This document shows positions 57,616-64,000 of a stretch of DNA of 64,000 bases, piece after piece (the first letter of the stretch is position 1; the number at the start of each line of letters is the position of its first letter). Location: the NCBI GenBank assembly GCA_002794035.1, contig PCXQ01000005.1, forward strand, positions 83,669 to 147,668. Direction: 5' to 3'. The notes below the pieces were generated by a model. It searched no databases, was not told the origin of the DNA, and worked only from the letters and a program-made list of their open reading frames with translations. The position numbers and the translations under genes are program-made. The DNA is from Candidatus Yanofskybacteria bacterium CG10_big_fil_rev_8_21_14_0_10_36_16 (lineage in GTDB: Bacteria; Patescibacteriota; Minisyncoccia; 2-02-FULL-40-12; IGHO2-01-FULL-4-A).

Positions 57616-58227
57616 ATGGCAAATAAATTATACAAACATCTAGGTTTTATATTCATCCTTATAGCTCTTATCGGAATCGGTTGGCCTTTTTTGCGCCTTG
57701 GGTTTTTAAGTGATGCTACGTTTCTTGGTACAATTGCAGAAACAGAGAATATCCAACCCCCAATACCCGCAAGCGTCTCATTTGAATACACGCCATCTCC
57801 CAATGATTTCCCTGAGGATGTTGAGCTAAAAAATATAAAAAACAGGCTTGTGATACCGCAAGCGAATATAAACATGCCTTTGTTTTACTCTGACAATTCC
57901 CAAACCTTATTTAAGGGCGGATGGCTATGGCCTCACAACAACACTCCTGCCCAAGGCGGGAACACAGTCATTTTCGGACACAGGTTTCGTTTTCTACCTC
58001 CCGTAAAAAACACTTTTTACAACTTAGACAAAGTAAATATAGGCGATGAATTTTCACTAACATGGCAAGGAAAAATCTATACTTATCGTGTTGTTGAAAT
58101 AAAAATAATTGAGCCCACAGACCTATCAGTAATTGCTTCATCTGACAACTCAATTATAACCCTAATCACCTGCTCACCATTGTTCTCCACCAAGCAACGA
58201 CTTGTCGTTGTGGCTGAGTTAATATAA
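57616..58227 (+). CDS. Sortase-family transpeptidase
   Basis: N-terminal TM, catalytic His (VIFGHR), TLITC Cys motif, downstream Arg. Confidence 0.7.
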   Translation: MANKLYKHLGFIFILIALIGIGWPFLRLGFLSDATFLGTIAETENIQPPIPASVSFEYTPSPNDFPEDVELKNIKNRLVIPQANINMPLFYSDNSQTLFKGGWLWPHNNTPAQGGNTVIFGHRFRFLPPVKNTFYNLDKVNIGDEFSLTWQGKIYTYRVVEIKIIEPTDLSVIASSDNSIITLITCSPLFSTKQRLVVVAELI

Positions 58228-58250
58228 AAGTCCCGCCATCGGTGGGACTT
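58228..58250 (+). terminator. Intrinsic terminator
   Basis: AAGTCCCGCCATCGGTGGGACTT. Confidence 0.5.
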
Positions 58251-58346
58251 AATTGTACGTTATTATAGAGTTGTTGATACATAGATTATATCATGTTATT
58301 CTCATCACAGCATCTTTAAAACATTCTACGGAAAAAGGAGGGCTAA

Positions 58347-58442
58347 ATGGAAATTTCTAGCAACACCTTTGGTTTCCTTGTGGTAATTTTAGGACTATTA
58401 CTAACCTACATCATCTGTGACACCTCTTCAAATTATAAATAA
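58347..58442 (+). CDS. 31-aa hydrophobic small peptide (MEISSNTFGFLVVILGLLLTYIICDTSSNYK)
   Basis: Strong RBS AAAGGAGGG with 6-nt spacing. Not in the ORF track because of its length. Confidence 0.3.
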   Translation: MEISSNTFGFLVVILGLLLTYIICDTSSNYK

Positions 58443-58459
58443 AACCAAAGGAGGAATTC

Positions 58460-59017
58460 ATGCCCGAGAAGACAGAAGGAGGATTTTGTTGGCACCAAAG
58501 CGAATTCACACCTTTTGGCTGGTGCCCTGACTTTGAAAAAAGGTTGAAAAACATCAAAGAAACCGCACCGCAAGATATATGCAATAGACTTATTGTTCTA
58601 TTTAAACCCGTAAGGGGTCAAATTCCCGAAGAAGTTGTGAGGGCAAAACAATTACACCTTGAGGCAATGCAGGCCTACCACAAAGCGAGAGAGGCTGATG
58701 AAGAGGCCATACAAACTCATAAGGGATCCATCACAACCCACAATATGACATGGAAGGCTTATCAAGAAGCGCCTCCAGAAAACAAGGAAATACTAAAGCA
58801 AAAATATGAAAAATCAAAAAATGATTGCTTTGATGCAAAGGAAAGGCAACAGCAGACACAACAAGCCCACAATAAAGCAAGTAAAATTTGTATTGAATCA
58901 GTAAGAAACTATAAAAAAGTTCTTGCTAAACACATAGAAACCATTGAAGCTCTGCATCGAAAAGAATGTCCTGAATGCCCGTGGAATGGGCGCGCCATTT
59001 TCTCGGAAGTGGTATAA
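58460..59017 (+). CDS. Cys-rich hypothetical protein (CWHQ...WCPDF ... CPECPW)
   Basis: RBS AAAGGAGGA. 185 aa. No family recognised. Confidence 0.4.
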   Translation: MPEKTEGGFCWHQSEFTPFGWCPDFEKRLKNIKETAPQDICNRLIVLFKPVRGQIPEEVVRAKQLHLEAMQAYHKAREADEEAIQTHKGSITTHNMTWKAYQEAPPENKEILKQKYEKSKNDCFDAKERQQQTQQAHNKASKICIESVRNYKKVLAKHIETIEALHRKECPECPWNGRAIFSEVV

Positions 59018-59020
59018 TTA

Positions 59021-59055
59021 AAATACCCCGTTCTGCCAGTGGCGGAGCGGGGTAT
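59021..59055 (+). terminator. Hairpin AAATACCCCG-N15-CGGGGTATTT after the Cys-rich protein gene
   Basis: Read directly. Confidence 0.45.
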
Positions 59056-59059
59056 TTGT

Positions 59060-59086
59060 CCCCACACTCATATATGAGTGTGGGGA
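59060..59086. repeat. Solo palindromic copy of the MITE-like TIR core (CCCCACACTCAT-ATAT-GAGTGTGGGG)
   Basis: Same 12-mer as the ends of the elements at 2957-3110 and 19901-20049, here abutting its own inverse. Confidence 0.5.
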
Positions 59087-59097
59087 TTTATTTTAAA

Positions 59098-59331
59098 CTA
59101 ATTAGTCGGTGCCGAAGAGTTATTTTCTGCATTGGCTACATCCATTACTTCAAATGCCATTTTCTTTCGTTCTTCCTCCATTTCACCGTTAAAATCTGCA
59201 ACCTCGTCAGGGTGTTCTAATTTACCAAGCATTACCAACCTTTCCCAAGTAGCTTCTTTTGTTTCACCTGTTACGCCATGCCCCATGTGGTTGCAAGGCA
59301 AACCTATATCCCTACAGTGCAATGTATACAT
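59098..59331 (-). CDS. DUF1059 family small protein
   Basis: MYTLHCRDIGLPCNHMGHGVTGE..., matching DUF1059 (MxxFxCxDxGxxC ... H). Confidence 0.55.
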   Translation of the reverse strand: MYTLHCRDIGLPCNHMGHGVTGETKEATWERLVMLGKLEHPDEVADFNGEMEEERKKMAFEVMDVANAENNSSAPTN

Positions 59332-59538
59332 AATTTAAAATTTATCTGCTAAAAAATACAAGGCCCTTAGGAAAGATGGGCCTTTCATATTTTCTAGCCC
59401 TTAGGGTTTACCCAACTTCTTTGTTGTGTACTCCAGTACTCCCTCGATGTATTATATATACACCTCGGTTCGTTCCTCGTACACGTCGCAAATTTGGGCA
59501 AACATAAAAATTTTAATACAATTTATCTGATGTAAAAT

Positions 59539-60021
59539 TTATAATAATTTATTGATTTCTTGATCTAAAGCAAAATTAACTAGTTTATCAGCTTCCTTGT
59601 TCTGTTCCCTTGGAACATGACTGAAATCGACCTTACCAAAGTCAATCTTTAGATTCCATATATCCACGAATGCTTCGCGTATATGCCTTTCCATAAGTTT
59701 ATACTTGCCTGTTAATTGTTTTACAGCCAATTCACTATCCATTTTAAATTCTATTTCAGCCGATGAAGATTTAGCTTTTCCAATTAAGTGTCTTGTTTTC
59801 TTTAATGCAAAGATAACTGCATAATATTCAGCCTCATTATTTGTAGCCTTTCCAATATATTCGGAATATTCCTTCTTCCAAATTATCTTTTCCCCGCCAG
59901 AGGCGGATCCACCTATGGCGGATATAACAACACCGACTGCTGCTGGGCCTGGGTTGCCTCGCGAACCGCCATCAGTATGGATGATATAAACATTATCTTT
60001 TTTGTTTATTGTATTGTTCAT
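59539..60021 (-). CDS. rnhA: Ribonuclease HI
   Basis: IHTDGGSRGNPGPAAVG, NNEAEY, HVPREQNKEADKLVN catalytic DEDD residues. Confidence 0.8.
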   Translation of the reverse strand: MNNTINKKDNVYIIHTDGGSRGNPGPAAVGVVISAIGGSASGGEKIIWKKEYSEYIGKATNNEAEYYAVIFALKKTRHLIGKAKSSSAEIEFKMDSELAVKQLTGKYKLMERHIREAFVDIWNLKIDFGKVDFSHVPREQNKEADKLVNFALDQEINKLL

Positions 60022-60148
60022 TTAAATATTTGTCTTGTTATTTTATTAGAAAGTATTATGTATTATGTATTGTGTAGCACGTATCAAGCACCATACAGAA
60101 TTAGAATTTGAATTATTATACTTAATACCTAATACACAATACTTAATA

Positions 60149-61282
60149 CTAGCTCTTATAATAATCAAGAGCTTCTAATCCCGGCAGTTTTTCTCCAGCC
60201 AGAAATGATAGCATAGCACCACCACCCGTTGAAACATAGCTATATTTATCCAATAAACCAAGCTTATTAACAGCAGTTATGGTATCCCCTCCTCCTATTA
60301 TTGAATCCGCACCAGATTCTGCAATTGCTTTTGCAACAATGTTAGTACCATGAGAAAATTTTTCAACTTCAGCAAAACCAAGAGGCCCGTTCCAGATGAC
60401 CATTTTTGAAGATTTTATAATGTCAGAAAATTTCTGCGCACTCTTTGGACCAAGATCAGCTATAAACCCGCCCTCTCCAACATCCTCTACTTCCGAAGTC
60501 ATTACTTCTTTTTCTCCCTTTTTGTCATACCCAATAAGTACATCTTCGGGTAGTATTATTTTTTCACTTTTTACTTCAACTTTTACCTTATTGTCCACCA
60601 CAGATGCGCCTATATCAATACCCAGAATTTGAAGAAAAAAATTATTGGCCAATGCTCCCCCTACAAGAATTTTTTCTGATTTTTCAAAAAAATTATTTAT
60701 CACAGGAAGTTTAGTAGAAATCTTGGCACCGCCAAGAACTAAAGTCTTGCCTTCAGCGGGCTCGCTTAAAGCACGCCCAAGATTCTTAATCTCCTTTTCT
60801 ATCAACAATCCTCCATATGATGGCAAAAATTCTGTTATTGCCGATACTGATGCATGCTCGCGATGGCATACAGCAAAAGCATTATTTACGTACAAATCAA
60901 AACCACTTGCTAACTTCTCGGCAAAATCCTTGCTGTTTTCTTTTTCGCCGAGGTTTTGACGAAGGTTATCAGCCAAAACCAATCCGCCAATTACAGGATG
61001 TTCATCTCCAAGTAAAGAATTGAGGGGCAAGAATTTTATTTCATGTTTTAAAACATCACCAATCTGACTGACAATTGATTCAAATGAATCAATGGACGAT
61101 ATGTGCGCACACATAACAACGTTGGCGCCATTTTCAATCAAATAATCAACCATGGGCTTTTGAGATTCGATTCTGAAACTTTCTAATATTTTACCGCTTA
61201 CAACAGGCACATCGAAATCAACGCGCAACAATACCTTTTTGCCGTTTAAATCGTTTTTATTTAAAGCATTTATTGTTTTCAT
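60149..61282 (-). CDS. pgk: Phosphoglycerate kinase
   Basis: VLLRVDFDVP N-terminal signature. GGGDT and STGGGA motifs. Confidence 0.9.
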   Translation of the reverse strand: MKTINALNKNDLNGKKVLLRVDFDVPVVSGKILESFRIESQKPMVDYLIENGANVVMCAHISSIDSFESIVSQIGDVLKHEIKFLPLNSLLGDEHPVIGGLVLADNLRQNLGEKENSKDFAEKLASGFDLYVNNAFAVCHREHASVSAITEFLPSYGGLLIEKEIKNLGRALSEPAEGKTLVLGGAKISTKLPVINNFFEKSEKILVGGALANNFFLQILGIDIGASVVDNKVKVEVKSEKIILPEDVLIGYDKKGEKEVMTSEVEDVGEGGFIADLGPKSAQKFSDIIKSSKMVIWNGPLGFAEVEKFSHGTNIVAKAIAESGADSIIGGGDTITAVNKLGLLDKYSYVSTGGGAMLSFLAGEKLPGLEALDYYKS

Positions 61283-61432
61283 TATCCAAAAGTTAAACTG
61301 CTTGTTTAAAATTTATAATTTATAATTTTTATTAAATTTTCATTTATAAAAATTAAAAAGGCACTCCGTGAATTTGTGAATTAAGAATTAAAAATTATAT
61401 GAAAATTTTAAAATTTAAAAATTAAAAGTTTA

Positions 61433-62191
61433 TTATCCAAGATTTGACACTATCTCCAACATATCGGCAAATTCCTTATTTCTAAGACTTGCACCGCCAA
61501 CAGCAGCACCATCAATTTCTGAATGCTTAACAAAACTTTCTATATTGTCCCTATTAACGCTACCACCATATATTGTTTTATAATTATCAGGCTCAAGACC
61601 ATAAACAGAGAATAGATAATTTTTTATTATACCTAATGCAGCAAGGGCGTTTTCGGGCGTATCAGCTTTAGCATTTTTATTTGTGCTAATTGCCCACACT
61701 GGCTCATATCCCAAAATAACTTTTCTAACTTCACTTACGGTAAAGTCCGGCAATCCGGTAGCCAGTTGTTCTTCCAAAACAGTTTCTCTTTCATCATTTT
61801 TATCTTTTTCACCAACGAGCATAATTGGAGTCATGTCAGAGTTTAAAACTGCTTTTACTTTTTTTGATATTACATTGTTTCCCTCACCTATTAAGTATCT
61901 CCTTTCTGAATGGCCAATCAAAACATATTCAACACCCAAATTTTTAAGCATATCGGGAGTTATTTCTCCAGTAAAAGGACCCGAGCTGTCCCAAAAAGAA
62001 TCCTGAGCACCAAGCCTCATACTGCTTTTGATTTGGGAAAGCCTTTCAAGATAAACAAAAGGTGCACAAACGACTAAATCAACGCTGTTTTTAACTTTTT
62101 CATAAGATTCAGAAACCGATCTAAAAAGATCCTCCGCCTCTTTAACATTAGTAGGATTGGCTTTCCAGTTTGCAATAATAAGTTTTTTCAT
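61433..62191 (-). CDS. tpiA: Triosephosphate isomerase
   Basis: IANWKAN, IGHSERR, VAYEPVWAIST-like EPVWAI, GGSV. Confidence 0.9.
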   Translation of the reverse strand: MKKLIIANWKANPTNVKEAEDLFRSVSESYEKVKNSVDLVVCAPFVYLERLSQIKSSMRLGAQDSFWDSSGPFTGEITPDMLKNLGVEYVLIGHSERRYLIGEGNNVISKKVKAVLNSDMTPIMLVGEKDKNDERETVLEEQLATGLPDFTVSEVRKVILGYEPVWAISTNKNAKADTPENALAALGIIKNYLFSVYGLEPDNYKTIYGGSVNRDNIESFVKHSEIDGAAVGGASLRNKEFADMLEIVSNLG

Positions 62192-62238
62192 ATTTTTCGG
62201 CTTGTTGTCTATGAATTACAGACAACAAACAATTAGTT

Positions 62239-63240
62239 TTAAATCTCAGTTTCCCTAAACAGTTTAGCAGCTTCATCCGGATCAATGGCATTAATATAAA
62301 CACCGCTTCCAATTTCAAACCCTCCTACAAACTCTACCTTGGGCATTATTTCTATGTGCCAAGTATAATAATCATCGAACTTATCACTCTTATCATAAAC
62401 AGGGGCAGAATGAATGAAAAAATTATAATCAGGATATTTTAACGCTTTACTCATTTTTCCCAAAACAGTGCTAACAGCTCTTCCTAAATCCGGCAATTTT
62501 GAATCATCAGTCTTCCAAAAATGAGACGTACTATCCTTGGGGAAAATCCTTATTTCATAAGGGACCCTAGAAACAAATGGGCAAAACGCTACAAAATCTT
62601 CATTTTCATATATTATTCTTTTTGCCTCTGATATTTCCCACTCTATCATCTTATCATAAGGCTTCTGGCTGTTTTTAACAAAATAGTCTTCAGCATCTCT
62701 TAAACTATTTTGAGCGGAAAGGGGTATAACAGAAGTAGAAATTATCTGTGAATGAGGATGAAAAAGCGTCCCTCCAGCTTTGATACCATAATTTGTAAAA
62801 ACAAGTATATATTTGCTGCTGGTATTATCTACTACGTGATGGAACCTGTCCCTATACACGCCGAACACCTCTGCCATCTCATCCGAATTATAATCTGCCA
62901 AAACTTTATCGTGATTTCTAAAAACAAACACTTCATGATAACCGCCTGCTTCCACCACATTGAAAAAGTCTGCCTTAATTTGTTTTGGTTCTCTAGTAGT
63001 TTTAGATCTGTCTACTGCAGGATATTTATTTGAAATTACCTTTACCAACCAATCATCACCAGATTTATTTAAGTATGTTTTTTCAACTTTGTTCCCAGAT
63101 ATTTCTAAATCCTCAAAGGGGCAGACGTCCTTTGATTTATCCAGGGCTTCACAAACGATGGGGTCACCGGGTCTCCTTGCTCTATTGGTAGCAAAAAGCA
63201 CCCACAAACCAGAAATCATATCTTGTCTAAATTCATTCAT
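62239..63240 (-). CDS. galT: Galactose-1-phosphate uridylyltransferase-like (GalT/HIT superfamily)
   Basis: Cys/His zinc site near the N-terminus. Active-site FHPHSQ (HPH). Tandem HIT-like halves. Confidence 0.65.
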   Translation of the reverse strand: MNEFRQDMISGLWVLFATNRARRPGDPIVCEALDKSKDVCPFEDLEISGNKVEKTYLNKSGDDWLVKVISNKYPAVDRSKTTREPKQIKADFFNVVEAGGYHEVFVFRNHDKVLADYNSDEMAEVFGVYRDRFHHVVDNTSSKYILVFTNYGIKAGGTLFHPHSQIISTSVIPLSAQNSLRDAEDYFVKNSQKPYDKMIEWEISEAKRIIYENEDFVAFCPFVSRVPYEIRIFPKDSTSHFWKTDDSKLPDLGRAVSTVLGKMSKALKYPDYNFFIHSAPVYDKSDKFDDYYTWHIEIMPKVEFVGGFEIGSGVYINAIDPDEAAKLFRETEI

Positions 63241-63261
63241 TGTAATTAAAATATATTAAAA

Positions 63262-64000
63262 TTATTTATATTTACCAAACCAAAGATTAATTCTAACTTG
63301 TAAAACCTCAAGTAACATTTGTATCATACCCTTGAGTCGAACCTTGCTTTCCTCATCATTAATCCATTTAATGGGTGCTTCCTTTATTTTTAATTTGGAT
63401 TTTTTTGCAATAGCCAATATCTCAACATCAAAAGCCCAGCGAAATATTGTTTGCTTTGAAAAAACAATTTTTGTTGCTTCAGCTGTAAATGCTTTAAACC
63501 CGGCCTGAGAATCATTAACCCCAAGAGGAACAAGGGTATGAACAATTAGCCTAAACACTCCTCCAAGAAAATCCCTTAACCATGGTTGTTTTGCAGCAAT
63601 ATCAGATCCTTCTATCCTGCGAGAGCCGATAACAACATCGTAGCCCTCATATCCGCCAAAGGCGGATCCGCCTCTGCCGGAAAAATATTTCCAAAATTGA
63701 CCAATGTGATTTACGGTAGTTGAATTATCGGCATCCATAAAAAGCCTAATATCTCCTTTTGCCTCAAGCATACCCTGTTTTACTACCCAGCCCTTTCCGT
63801 GATTATCTTTGTTATCTATTAATCTGAGGCCTCTAATTTGTTCACTTAAACCGCTAACGACATCTGCTGTGTTGTCTTTTGAGCCATCATTAACAACTAA
63901 TATTTCGTAATCATAATCTTGTATAGATAAATAATTATCAACGCTTTTTAGCGTTTTTTCTATTCTATTTTCCTCGTTATAGGCGGGAATTATAATTGAT
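63262..64000 (-). CDS. Family 2 glycosyltransferase (DPM1/GtrB-like), partial; N-terminus beyond window
   Basis: The frame stays open from 63262 to the window end. Shows ...DGSKDNTADVVS...GKG-like and FMDADNST (DxD) motifs. Confidence 0.7.
   Translation of the reverse strand, partial: SIIIPAYNEENRIEKTLKSVDNYLSIQDYDYEILVVNDGSKDNTADVVSGLSEQIRGLRLIDNKDNHGKGWVVKQGMLEAKGDIRLFMDADNSTTVNHIGQFWKYFSGRGGSAFGGYEGYDVVIGSRRIEGSDIAAKQPWLRDFLGGVFRLIVHTLVPLGVNDSQAGFKAFTAEATKIVFSKQTIFRWAFDVEILAIAKKSKLKIKEAPIKWINDEESKVRLKGMIQMLLEVLQVRINLWFGKYK

Overview
A low-GC (about 35-38%) bacterial chromosomal segment of roughly 60 genes. It is densely packed, almost all on the minus strand, with many GC-rich intrinsic terminators and a standard genetic code (an unframeshifted RF2 gene is present). 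Several features fit a small-genome monoderm-like lineage, perhaps Patescibacteria/CPR, but this is inference only. These include many small membrane and zinc-ribbon proteins, a four-helix-bundle gene inside the pilus operon, a type IV pilus and pseudopilin cluster, two sortases with an LPXT-anchored Thr/Pro-repeat protein, and a TPM/LemA pair.

The first half is a large copper/redox homeostasis region:
- A CopB-like P1B ATPase with a CPH motif and duplicated N-terminal Cys/His metal-binding modules, next to a Met/His-rich protein.
- Membrane proteins with Cys motifs, including DUF411 and a DsbB-like protein.
- An alpha/beta hydrolase, a NOX/FRE-type flavocytochrome and a membrane-anchored blue-copper cupredoxin.
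- A MacAB-type ABC exporter with HlyD adaptor and a C39-like peptidase.
- CcdA with two thioredoxin-like proteins.
- A csoR-copA-HMA/DsbD_2-cupredoxin operon that has a perfect 19-bp CsoR-type operator palindrome overlapping its -10 box.

Housekeeping genes are also present: obg, a DEAD-box helicase, typA, ftsEX, prfB, an M50 protease, bL28, a DUF47/PiT phosphate module, Nudix, RNase P RNA, tRNA-Gln and tRNA-Pro, rnhA, pgk, tpiA, galT-like and a GT2.

The most unusual items are:
- A 150-bp element with terminal inverted repeats in two full copies and one solo palindromic copy; both full copies overlap gene starts.
- A GIY-YIG nuclease gene bracketed by 109-bp direct repeats that begin inside the 3' end of tRNA-Pro.
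- A 1037-aa NRPS-like A-T-C protein beside a sortase.
- A higher-GC four-gene module with tandem paralogous membrane zinc-ribbon proteins and a TEPTETPEP-repeat protein.
- A higher-GC locus with a small peptide, a Cys-rich protein and DUF1059.

No CRISPR array was seen.
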